DNA of 62,862 nucleotides, filler included, from Asterionella formosa (taxonomy: Eukaryota), in assembly GCA_002256025.1 (NCBI GenBank). It is 6 parts of 6 records of this genome, joined end to end, with 100 filler letters (N's around TTAATTAATTAA, not from the genome) between each part and the next. Parts side by side here need not be neighbours in the genome. Positions count along the whole stretch, not along the records: positions 19,676 to 39,247 come from NKIB01003618.1; 5 more parts are not named here. One strand, given 5' to 3'. Under the pieces are notes generated by a model that had not been told where the DNA came from, did no database searches, and saw nothing but the letters and a program-made list of their open reading frames with translations. Numbering within the stretch: position 1 is the first letter of the stretch; every line of letters begins with the position of its first letter. The position numbers and the translations under genes were made by a program. Positions 21,009 through 32,906 of the stretch are shown in pieces.

Positions 21009-22543
21009 TCAATTGTACTTTGGGGATGGCACAACATATGCGTCGGCAGATGTCAACTCCGTCCAAAACTCACCCTCTGTTCTCAAATAAGGATACACGT
21101 AATGCAAAGCATCCAAGAGAGAAGCCCCCAATTTTGCCGATCGAGCCGGCGACCAGCCACGCTTGGGATCAGGATTTGTCAAGCAATCTTTGTAAGGCAT
21201 CTCCAATGTTCCCGCCAAACAGTCAAAGCGTGTACCGATTTGGTTCGAGCACACAGTCATTTTTGCTTTAAGTGCTTCATCGGGGGCGTATCCAGAAAAA
21301 GGTTGGATATCCGGATTGGCCCGAGAATACGATGCAACAAACGCGCCCTGCAAATGCATCAATCGGGGTCCCCAGTTGGGACATCCTTCTGCTCCATTCA
21401 CAAAGTTGTAGGGCAACTCCTCGTCGCCGTGTACATCCAAAAATGCGTCTACACCGGTTTCGTCCATCTTCTTCAACACACAAAGGACTTCCGGACTGCG
21501 TTCCATGGTGGGCGCTTTGTAGTAGTGCTCATCCCCGGGAATACCCGTCGACTCCCATTCACGGTTCAAGTTGGAGCCACAAGCATTGGTGCGAAGGTGA
21601 CCACGGACCGATCCGTCCGGGCACATATTGGGAACTACGTAAAACGTGAACTCTTTCAAGACAGTATGTACCAATCCATCTAGTGAGCCGTGTGTGTCCA
21701 AGCCCAATAATCTGGTCAAAAATCCTTCCGCATAAAATTCTGCCATGGTCTCTCCAGGATGCTGTCGATGTATGATCCAACAAATTTTATCTCCAGATCC
21801 AGCTTTGACACATTCAATATCTCGTCCGTCCAGAGATTGCCCAAGAACCTGGACGGTAGCGTACTCCGATTGAGCACATTTCTGAATCAGATCCAAATGA
21901 CGGCCGTAGGAATACGGAGGAAAGTAGGAAAAGTAGGTTGATCCAGCCGATTGATCCGTAGTCCAAGTGAGCTTCCCATCCGCATAGAATGTGTCCAACG
22001 CTCTAGTCCACGAGTTGGCATCGTGAAGGTCACGCGTCACACATGTTGTGCTTCCTGGCCAAGCAACGGGGAAGGACGAGTCTCCAGCATTCTCAATAAC
22101 GTAAGTAATCTGTTTGTTTGAATGAATAGTAGAGCGAAACGCGAAATACTGGAAATGATTTGTCTTTTCAAGTTCGGAGTAGCTGCGAGTGGAAAATGCA
22201 AAATGAAGGTCAGTTCGTGAGCATTTGTTTTACTGCCATTTTCGAAGCAAATCCGAGCAAACGAAGCTACTCGATTGACAAAATGACAGACTTCAACAAC
22301 ACATACATGCACACAAGGAACGTACGGATCAGGCTTGATGCGAAGGATGACCTTGGTGATATTGCCTTCATCCACTGCCTCAACAAACTTGATGTTTCCG
22401 CCATCAAAACCGTCTGAAATGGAGACGGAAGACTCGGACATTCTCAATGCTTGATGGACGGAGCTAACGAATGATCTATGAGACTGAGAAGCAAACCCAC
22501 GAGCAGAAGACGCCAAAGCAAGGGTTGTGGTGAGAAATCTCAT
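21009..22543 (-). CDS. M14 zinc carboxypeptidase, cytosolic carboxypeptidase (Nna1/CCP)-like; exons 22543-22326 and 22182-21009, ~463 aa
   Basis: FDGGNI N-domain, YFPPYS, RQHPGE, VPNMCPDG..GHLRTNA.G.NLNREW, LDVHGDEE, TLEMPYKD. The intron 22325-22183 restores frame. Organelle-type presequence. Confidence 0.88.
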
Positions 22544-24289
22544 AAGTTTTATGATTTAAGAGGAATTTGACATCACATCAATATTTCGATCCGTTGCCTC
22601 ATTGCATCAATTCTTGACTTGTTACCGGTACGGTAGGGAGTCCAGCTTTTTTTAAACACCAAGTGGTGCAGTTTCATGAGAGGATGTGATCATGATGCTT
22701 CGTCATCGGTCATCATGGACGACGACGCACGCACAGATAACAACAATTTACTGGCATCAAATATACAGGTATACCGGTATGTTTTGCTTACATATGATAT
22801 ATACATAAATACAACGATATACTGGTACCCAGATGGGTGGGAAAATCATGAAAAGACTAACAGATATTGTCAAAATCATTTGACGAAATTTCAATCAGCA
22901 TTATAACTTTTGTCTATTAATCATCATTGACATTATTGGATCCACCAAAGTCTGGCTTGGAGGCAGGAGTGGTACTACTGGTAGTAGCATTGTCATGAGT
23001 AGCAGCTCAATTGCCAGTCAGAGAATAGAAATGGCTTGTTCCACAAAATGTTAGGTGTACACCCTGCCTATGCTATATAGGTGATCAGTCCTGAAAGATT
23101 TCAGAGGGTCTAAAACTATTGAGGAGCTAAAGTAAGTTATCTATGGTTGATAACAGGTTTAATCTAATATTGGAAAACTGATGTAGTTAACATTGTTATA
23201 ATGTTAAGGTTAGTTGATAGCTATATAAATGTAGCTTTTTAAATTTGGGAGAAATGTCTGTACCATAGGTCAGTGTGCAAAAGTTGCAATTGGGTTAATC
23301 AAATTGAATGATCTTGCATTCAAAGGATTAAAGGTCAACCTGGCTGTACTATGATACAAATAGCAAAAAGCATACATAGCTAACAACAAGAGGAAGCAAG
23401 CAAAACATGTATAACATGATTGCATAAAAATAGTCATGAAATTTTCAAAGCAATGGTTGAAACTGTGGATATTACTTCTTGCTTGGAGGACTGCTATATG
23501 ATAGCTCCCTCCTTGTCATTCCAGCCAGACTGCCTCGTGACCTAGCTAAGATATGGTACAGGCAGTATGTATCACGCTATAGGAGATATACTATATTAGA
23601 TGGTATAAGTCCTATTTAACATTAACCTTATAAGCTCTTCCATACAGACCATTAACCGGTATAGTAGTATGTATACCACGTCAACCCTACGTGAAAGGTG
23701 TACCGGTACCCCTTCTTTACATTACGCACACGATTACCAGGTACCATCATGGTACCCATATGTAGTACAGATACATTTACACAGGACTGATCATCATTAG
23801 TAGGTGACGCTACTAATATGCATGTACAAGGTTTTACGTCTACTGGTGATGACCTTGTTTGCATTGAGGCCCTTCTGAATCCTTGTTCTCATAATGGTAC
23901 TTGTGAATCCCTTTAACTATGAGTTAATATAGATGATACAGTTATCATATATGCTCTTAATTACCCAATGATTACCTAATTGCCAATTCACACTACCGGT
24001 TATTACCTAGAACCTACTTTTGTCCTGACAACCGTAGGGCATTATTTTAAGGTTAGTATCAAAGGAACGTTCAATTTTATATTTATACTCGTATATGATC
24101 ATGTTCTGATATATGGAACATATCCCTGACCATATACAGCTTGATGCAGATGTCCAGGATCACTCCTCACCAGCCAGGGGTAACTGGTACCGTACCAGGT
24201 ACCACACCTATCTTATATTCTTGTAGGCAAGACCTAGATAAGGCTAACACCAACGAGGACTTCTGTGCAGAAGAGCACACTCCTAAGGG

Positions 24290-24560
24290 CCATTCTTATC
24301 AACACTGGTTCCGCAGAGGTTGCAACAGGGGGCATGTAGTTGACTCCGGCGATCACGAGGTATGCAGCAGGAGTAACGGTGAGCGTGAGGTGACGGTTGA
24401 GTCCTCCTCCATCATAGGAGTGAACGGAGATCGCATTGGCATTGAGTTTCTTTTGGGCCATTTCGATCGTGAGATAAGTTGGTTGCTCAGTGAGAGTGCC
24501 AAGGGGGGTCAGTGAGGGCACTGGGAAGTTCGCCTGGAAGGCTCCTTCACTTGTCATCAT
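24290..24560 (-). mobile_element. Truncated gag N-terminus relic of a diatom copia-type (CoDi-like) LTR retrotransposon
   Basis: PSLTPL..QPTYLTI..KKLNANAISVHS..GGGLNRHLTLTVTPAAY..PP resembles the N-terminal motif of diatom retroelement Gag. Similarity ends abruptly. Confidence 0.6.
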
Positions 24561-25432
24561 GGTGATAAGTCAGCCAAAATTATCAGTTCTATTGAAGAAC
24601 TCACTAAGCTAGCTACTACTAGCTATAATGATAATCAATGAACTGATAATTTATGAGTGGTTTAGAGACAGTTGGTGCTTCGGGCTGAGTGGTCATTGGA
24701 GTGACATCATGCTGGGTGATTAAGTCGGGAAACCTGTAGGAAACCGTTGGGGTTCTCAACCCCCCCCCCCAACCCATCCGGTCAGAACAGTGCGAACTAC
24801 TATATTTGAGTCCTCCGAGTCGCTACAGTACGTAACTTAGCTACGTTACACTTAGCTATCACCAAATTTTTTAGCATTTTATTCGACGTTGGTAAAAGAG
24901 TCGTAGTACAAAACCTTTCAATGCAACGCATATCTGACCACATTGATTCAGTTGAGGATGACGGAGGCGGGCAAGGCAGGGAATCTTGATTCTGCCTATG
25001 TATAGTCGAACATATACAGTACAAGCTACCGGTAAGCAAGCAAGTCTGCAGACATACCGTTACCGGCAGTTCATATTCGAATGTACGTCTGTACAATTCT
25101 GGAATACTCCAGTACTGCCAGTACTGTACAGCAGTCGCTATGTACCAGGTACAACGACTGAGTCATTTTGCTTCTCGCGAATGAACTCGCTATGCTGTAG
25201 CGTACCGGGTAGACTAGCGGTACCTGGTAGTACAAATTAGAAATGTTCTACCCCTACATAATAATCTCGTAAGAATTGAATTAATTTTATCATACATAGT
25301 ACCGTAGCATATTTGATCGATATTCCTACCGGTAGTTGGAAACCAATCGATTGTTGTTCGGAAGTGAATCATTCATTATAAAATAACTTTCTTTGGTTTG
25401 TGCGGCCACAATCGAAGTGGTGCACGGCCACC

Positions 25433-26977
25433 ATGACGAGATCACGACGATCCACGAATGGCGCAATGGTTTCAGGAGCCACGTTGCGCTCAACTGGGCT
25501 GGTAATTTTTGTTGCGTTTTCTTCCAATGAAATGGTAGTTTCATCCTTCAAACCTATGCAACAACATATGACACGACCTCGCGCCTCGAAAGTTGCGCAA
25601 CGGAGACTTTCGTCAATAGATGAATGGGCGAGCGAAATGTCGTGGTTGACAAGGTTCAAGACCGATCCACCAACGTCTACTGGAACGTTACTAGATGACG
25701 AGCGCGCACCTCTGACGGCAAGCGAATTCGCGACCAAAACTGCACCTATTTTGGAATCGATAGGCAGATACGCGATTGGTCTTGGCTGTACCATTGGGGT
25801 TATTTACATGCTTGCCATGTTGGGCGATTCATCTGCCGACGTAGTGGCAGAGCCAGGATCAATTGTGGACGATGAGCTCTCCAAGTTGGCAAGGAATGTG
25901 TATGTTGCTGCCATGCCCGAGGATGCAAACGACCTGGTGGCTATTGCATTGGGAGAGGGAATTGGAGCCGTCATTGGTTCCTTGGCAACTGCTATTGTTA
26001 CAGCTCTTGTTGGCGCTGCCCTTCGGCTACGGATGACCGCAGCGAAGGCAAAGCGGAGTGGCATAAACGTGGCATCCACTGAAGAGATTCTCGCGGAGGC
26101 AGTGGCAGATACAGAGTATTTCTGGACAAAAACAGGCGCAGTACCCTTGCTGAGAGCTCTTGGGATCAATCCAGCTATTGCTCGGCTATCGAGCGTGGCT
26201 TTAGCTACCGTTCCTTACGAATTGGTCAAGTGGCAAGCAAGAAAGGAAAAACAACTCCAGGCCGAAAATGCTCTCATGGATGAGCTTCTTATGGAGCAAC
26301 AGAAAGAGGAACGTATGATCTTTACAATGCGCAGCAAAAAAAACAAGTCAGTAGACCCACTTAAACTTCAAGCGATCGAAAAGCGCCCCATCATCGACGT
26401 ACCTGAAATCTTTTCTGATGTCATCAAGTGGCTCGAATATGATGTTTTGAAAACTGACTTTGGTGGCCAACTAATCTTAAACGGACAAACTCTTGGTTCT
26501 GGAGCCGAATCATTTGCATTTGGTGTTATTATTGCACTATCGTCGCAACTATATCTCGATATGATTTACCGCTATACCGACTTTGGCCCAGACCAAACCA
26601 CAAACGAAACTCGGACGAGAAGTGCGGCAGATTGGACGTATTTGTACATAAATCGGTGTCTTGGTACTGCAACCCTCTTTGGAGTTTACGAATCAGTGAG
26701 TCTTCCAGTCAGTATTGCTATTCAGGGTTTGTTGGCAGGTGCCGTGGATGGTTGTACCGGCTCAAATGACTTTCGCGTTTGTGTGGAGACCTTCGTGGCA
26801 GACAATCCACCCGAAGCTTCGCCAGAGGCGCAATTTCGAGCCCTCGTTATTGCACTTGTCAGTTTATTTAACCGTATACAATCGGAAGGGGTTTCAGATG
26901 CTCCAGAACTAATTAGAGCTGTTGTGCTTCAGACATATACGGTTGCCACTCAATTTATGCAATTGATGCAGCCGTGA
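25433..26977 (+). CDS. Hypothetical multi-pass membrane protein (~510 aa)
   Basis: Long uninterrupted ORF with several hydrophobic segments and a central coiled coil. No family recognised. Start uncertain (25433 or 25466). Confidence 0.7.
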   Translation: MTRSRRSTNGAMVSGATLRSTGLVIFVAFSSNEMVVSSFKPMQQHMTRPRASKVAQRRLSSIDEWASEMSWLTRFKTDPPTSTGTLLDDERAPLTASEFATKTAPILESIGRYAIGLGCTIGVIYMLAMLGDSSADVVAEPGSIVDDELSKLARNVYVAAMPEDANDLVAIALGEGIGAVIGSLATAIVTALVGAALRLRMTAAKAKRSGINVASTEEILAEAVADTEYFWTKTGAVPLLRALGINPAIARLSSVALATVPYELVKWQARKEKQLQAENALMDELLMEQQKEERMIFTMRSKKNKSVDPLKLQAIEKRPIIDVPEIFSDVIKWLEYDVLKTDFGGQLILNGQTLGSGAESFAFGVIIALSSQLYLDMIYRYTDFGPDQTTNETRTRSAADWTYLYINRCLGTATLFGVYESVSLPVSIAIQGLLAGAVDGCTGSNDFRVCVETFVADNPPEASPEAQFRALVIALVSLFNRIQSEGVSDAPELIRAVVLQTYTVATQFMQLMQP

Positions 26978-27169
26978 CATGAATCAATTTCTACCTTCAA
27001 CATTTGGGTTTCCTCGGAGGATGTTAACTCCATCAACACAAATGATCATTAAACTAGATAGAATGATGCGTTAATAGAAAGTATGGAGGTTGTAAGCTGT
27101 TTTAAAAATATGTATAGCGAGTCAGCTATTGTTACTGACTTGAGCGCATAGTTGTAAGCATCATATAGA

Positions 27170-28286
27170 CTAAAGGCCGAGGCTACGCATAGATTGACCT
27201 TCTTGTGGTAGCTGCACACAAAATTGTTCTTCGGAACGTAGACATGACGCAATGGCCTCGATTCCATTGATCACTGCAAGATCGACACCATTTTCCTTGA
27301 CGTAAAATGTCTAAAAACGAATGGAAAGAGAGAGAATCGAAATTCATGAAAACACTGTCACAATAAAGGTAAAAATGAAGCATAATGAAAGAACCTACCG
27401 TTCCATATTTTCCCGAAAGACGGGTCCAAAAGACGTTTGGTAGAGCAAACTTGACTCCCTCCCCAACGTTGAAGTTAAGAACATTTCCTCTACCTCCAAA
27501 CTGATCCACAACCAAGACGACATACTTGTCATCTTTCTGGTTCTCCTTTCCTAGATCCCAGTAGTCTCTGATAGCCAAACCAGGAGTATTGGGGTAGCTT
27601 TGACATAAGACACGAACTCGAAAGCCCGTATCCTTCTCCAGCGATGTCAACAGGTCATTCATTCTACGAGCTTGGCCATTCGTCAAGAATTTTTCCGTCT
27701 GAATCACATTTAGACCTGGCTCCTTGGGAAGAAGATCAGGTCGGTTCACGGGCTCCAATCGAGCCAGGGCTGGCATGACCCCTAAAGTCAGCGCTGCCGT
27801 GGTGACAGCAGAAACGAAAAAGGCGTCACGACGCGACATTTCGATANNNNNNNNNNNNNNNNNNNNNNNNNNNNNNNNNNNNNNNNNNNNNNNNNNNNNN
27901 NNNNNNNNNNNNNNNNNNNNNNNNNNNNNNNNNNNNNNNNNNNNNNNNNNNNNNNNNNNNNNNNNNNNNNNNNNNNNNNNNNNNNNNNNNNNNNNNNNNN
28001 NNNNNNNNNNNNNNNNNNNNNNNNNNNNNNNNNNNNNNNNNNNNNNNNNNNNNNNNNNNNNNNNNNNNNNNNNNNNNNNNNNNNNNNNNNNNNNNNNNNN
28101 NNNNNNNNNNNNNNNNNNNNNNNNNNNNNNNNNNNNNNNNNNNNNNNNNNNNNNNNNNNNNNNNNNNNNNNNNNNNNNNNNNNNNNNNNNNNNNNNNNNN
28201 NNNNNNNNNNNNNNNNNNNNNNNNNNNNNNNNNNNNNNNNNNNNNNTGCTGAGTAAGAAAGTGACGCTGCTTTTTGTGAGCGTCAT
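27170..28286 (-). CDS. TPM-domain thylakoid lumenal protein (TL15.2-like); part in gap, intron 27398-27311
   Basis: Tat signal SRRDAF..PALA followed by RLEPVNRPDLLP..FLTNGQ..LEKDTGFRVRVLCQSYPNTPGLAIRDYW..NVLNFNVG..FWTRL..KYG. The last exon 27310-27170 ends in TAG. The start at 28286 is tentative because it lies across the gap. Confidence 0.82.
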
Positions 28287-29345
28287 GTGCAACCATTATA
28301 TACCGGTATTACGTTCGTTACCTGGAACCCTGGTGCCTAATACTATAAAAGTAGAATACCGGTATATAGAACATATTCGAAGTAAATTAAACTGGTACTC
28401 CAAGTACTTCCGTTAACGAAATAGCAGTGGTATGGACCATGATCGTGTATGCTACGTATGATTGTTACATTGTTACAATGGACCAGGACTGTACCTGCAT
28501 GTTTCTTCAAATTTGCCGATAATGACGATTTGAACATCATCCTGGATACTTCTCATGCTTGCCAATCCAATAATTAAAATAAATATGCTAGCCAGCTCAG
28601 ACAACTGTTAACATTCATTCATGGCGTGATTTCTTGGCTGGGAACTATTTAAGGGTGAAATTCATCCCCCATCAAACTAGTAAGATTGGGTTTTTCCCAC
28701 CAGAGAACAAGATTTTGTTAGGTTCAGAGGCAGAAACAGTTAGAATATGTTTAGCCAACAGATAATGAATATACTACCAGTACATATGTAATGACAATAC
28801 ATAAATGTTAGGGGTTTATTTATATATCGATAGTATGATACATAGAATATATTTGAACATGTAATGATCAGTAATAGTAACAATCACATCATGCATGTCA
28901 ATGATGATAGGCCTTTTGGATACAAATAAATCATGAAAATATTGTCGCTAAAATCATGCACCATTTCGTTTCTTCCAATTTTCTTTTTTAGCTATTTTGC
29001 AATGAATATCAAAGCTACTATGATGTCAACAATGATTATTTCATAACTTGCTAGCAACAGGTGTATTCTATCGGAGCAATTAATAAAAGTGCTAAGCGGT
29101 CAGGGCATACAAAATTCAATATTAATAAACATTTTATCATGGCTGGTCATACTAATGGTAATGGGAATTTATTTGTTTGTTTTATTTTATAAATGTACAG
29201 AGCATGCCTCCTGTTATGTATGGCGTTTTTCATACTATGTACAGGTGTTTGCACTTGTATGACATGCATGTTAACTTGAAAATCTCTAGAATAGTAAGTA
29301 ATCTTGACAATATCAGAGTTGCTTGAGAATGGGGGAGGGAGAAAT

Positions 29346-29365
29346 CTAACCCTAACCCTAACCCT
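29346..29365 (+). repeat. Short interstitial telomere-type (CCCTAA)n array
   Basis: ctaaccctaaccctaaccct, about 3 units. Confidence 0.5.
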
Positions 29366-32300
29366 ATTGTTTTTTTAGAAAAACATTCTTTAAACTTGAT
29401 TTTGATGTATTGAAATTAATAGGATAACTGAGAAACCACTAGAGATTTATCATGTCATTGTTATTTTGCCATTGGAATTGAATTTCAGTGTCTGTCTGGC
29501 GCCATAGCTATTGTCAGTTTCGGCAACATGGCCAGCACAACTTGCTGGCACTTTGTATGACAGCATAAAATGAATTCATAAAGAACTTTAATCCGAACCC
29601 AAAGCAATAAAATAAGGATATAGCCTGATAAAACTTATAACCATCATCTCAGGTTATTCATTTTCTTATGTAGGATTGATAAAATAAAATAATTTCTGAG
29701 TAAAGCACCACATTCTGATAAACAAAACAAAACATATCCGAGCATCTCTTTTCTGATAAACAAACCCAGGAAAAGGGCGAATTTTTATAAGGAAAAGGAT
29801 TTTGCTGTTTAACCATAATGTGCATATTGTGTAGCCAATCATAATTTTGGTTGAGGGCACCAGGCTTTCATTTGTTTGCTATGCTGGTGTGTGTGGTGCT
29901 GGTCTGGTGTGCATGGTGGTGGTGATATATAAAATGATATTCTGTTTTATTGCCCATTCCTACTCCCCTTTTTCAAGGCAAGTATTCGTTGTGCTGCCTG
30001 CCGACAAGACTTGCTGTTCTTCCCTAGTTTTGTTGGCGTAGTAGGTGAGTCCCCAACCACCCTTCACGAATGATGATCGTCTTAGCTGCAGCGTTAGGTA
30101 AAAGTCCGACCACCTAGGAAGGCGGCACAAGCTGCTTGTAGGGGGGCAACCCACTGTTTCTTGCACACCAGGCAAGACCGGCGTGCGGGACGGTAAGGAG
30201 TGGGAGTCGAATCCAACAATTGCTTCTCAAAACAATTGCGGGAATCGAACATCACAACCTCAGATCAAAGGCAACGTGCTCTTTCAACTACCGCAAGCCA
30301 TTCCCTTGGTGGTGATATATGATATAAATATTGAGATTTGCAACCTCATCAACACATTGATCATCAGTGATAAATCATGATACTCACAGACAGGCATCCC
30401 AGTAATGGAACCATCAAACAATTGGGACAAAACATTGCTTATCCAAACTTAATGTTTCATCAGTATATTTACCAGATAATGTATATTTTTATCAGTACCA
30501 GGAGAATGAACCTCATCAACAAGAATAAATTGAGGTCTTCATGGTGGTGATGCATTGTTGAGTTGCATTTCAGTTTTACTGGACACTTCGAAAAGNNNNN
30601 NNNNNNNNNNNNNNNNNNNNNNNNNNNNNNNNNNNNNNNNNNNNNNNNNNNNNNNNNNNNNNNNNNNNNNNNNNNNNNNNNNNNNNNNNNNNNNNNNNNN
30701 NNNNNNNNNNNNNNNNNNNNNNNNNNNNNNNNNNNNNNNNNNNNNNNNNNNNNNNNNNNNNNNNNNNNNNNNNNNNNNNNNNNNNNNNNNNNNNNNNNNN
30801 NNNNNNNNNNNNNNNNNNNNNNNNNNNNNNNNNNNNNNNNNNNNNNNNNNNNNNNNNNNNNNNNNNNNNNNNNNNNNNNNNNNNNNNNNNNNNNNNNNNN
30901 NNNNNNNNNNNNNNNNNNNNNNNNNNNNNNNNNNNNNNNNNNNNNNNNNNNNNNNNNNNNNNNNNNNNNNNNNNNNNNNNNNNNNNNNNNNNNNNNNNNN
31001 NNNNNNNNNNNNNNNNNAAAAAAAATAGCAATTCAGATCGAATTTTTTGCCTGGTAATATTTAACTGGCACCAAAAAATCCAAAAAGTTCTAATTCAATG
31101 TTTTTATTTGCTATGCAATTAGGTCATCATGAAAAGAACAACTTGTATGAACAAGTACCGCCAGCATTGCTATTATTAATTCATGAATTTGAAACCGAGA
31201 TATGGTATTGGTCCACTGACAGCCAGTTCAACTCGAGAAATGTAATACAATTTGAGTTGCATCTACTTGTTAAAACGAAACCAACATAGCTGGTATTGAG
31301 TTGTTGATTCTATAATCATAACAAAGGATACTAACACATGTGGTGAGTGAAAATATATTTGGGTTTGCTGACAGATTTATTAAAATCAAATTCTAATTGA
31401 ATGGTGTTCTGTTTGAAGAAGGGAAGGTTGGAACAATAACAAGCTGTCAAACATTAAATATGGTTCTGCTGAGTATAGCCAAGTTCTGTGGTCATGATGG
31501 AGGGAAGGGAAAGATTTGTGACAAAACGAAATAACATACTAGTAGTAGCAAATCAAAAAAGCATAAATATTTATTTTAATATTATCAAACATGACTGCTT
31601 TATGACTTAACTTGCTTAGCTTGTTATACATTTCAACCTGCAACACCTATTCAATGACTTCCTGCAAGCAGGCCTACCAAGCTCAATAAGCATTTGCCAA
31701 GAGGATGATTAAAGTGGGCAGCCATCAAGTCTTGCAGCAATGAAATGATGGAACAATGAGGCCATGGGGTGTCAGTTTGTTGATCATGACGCATGTATCA
31801 AAATTCTTTCAAACACACGTGAACTCACCAAAAACTTATCCGTGTACACAACAGAGGATTCCATAAATTTATTTAGCCTTTGGTAGGATGCTACTACGAT
31901 CTAGTACTAGGCAGGTACGGGACAATACCGTAGTCCGGGAGAATGCCGTGAAGGTGATCGTCACTATATCTTCAACCGAAAATCACTAGCTTCACCGTGT
32001 TCGTCGTGATGATCAACAGTTTGATCATCTTCTCAAATACCGGACGATTGTCCGGTGCATGTACACCGAATCCCGGTACCTGGTACCAGGTACTTTGTCT
32101 GGTAGAACTGAACTGATGCTTGGCATTCCTGTGATGCTCTACCGGTAGTTATTACCGGTACCACCAGGTATTGGTAATAAACCCTCATCCACTCCACTCC
32201 ACTCCGACTTTTACCTCCGACAACAGTATACCGTAGTACTGACTGGTAAGAAATGCTGATTGATACGACTTGATACGTAGAATTCCTCGTTCGTTTTATG

Positions 32301-32906
32301 AAAATGGCTGGCCCTCGAGCGCGGAGTCATGTTGAGAACAACGCCATTTCCGTTTTTGAAATTGTCTGTAGCTTCAGTACCAGCAAATGTGGAACTGCGA
32401 CATGNNNNNNNNNNNNNNNNNNNNNNNNNNNNNNNNNNNNNNNNNNNNNNNNNNNNNNNNNNNNNNNNNNNNNNNNNNNNNNNNNNNNNNNNNNNNNNNN
32501 NNNNNNNNNNNNNNNNNNNNNNNNNNNNNNNNNNNNNNNNNNNNNNNNNNNNNNNNNNNNNNNNNNNNNNNNNNNNNNNNNNNNNNNNNNNNNNNNNNNN
32601 NNNNNNNNNNNNNNNNNNNNNNNNNNNNNNNNNNNNNNNNNNNNNNNNNNNNNNNNNNNNNNNNNNNNNNNNNNNNNNNNNNNNNNNNNNNNNNNNNNNN
32701 NNNNNNNNNNNNNNNNNNNNNNNNNNNNNNNNNNNNNNNNNNNNNNNNNNNNNNNNNNNNNNNNNNNNNNNNNNNNNNNNNNNNNNNNNNNNNNNNNNNN
32801 NNNNNNNNNNNNNNNNNNNNNNNNNNNNNNNNNNNNNNNNNNNNNNNNNNNNNNNNNNNNNNNNNNNNNNNNNNNNNNNNNNNNNNNNNNNNNNNNNNNN
32901 NNNNNA

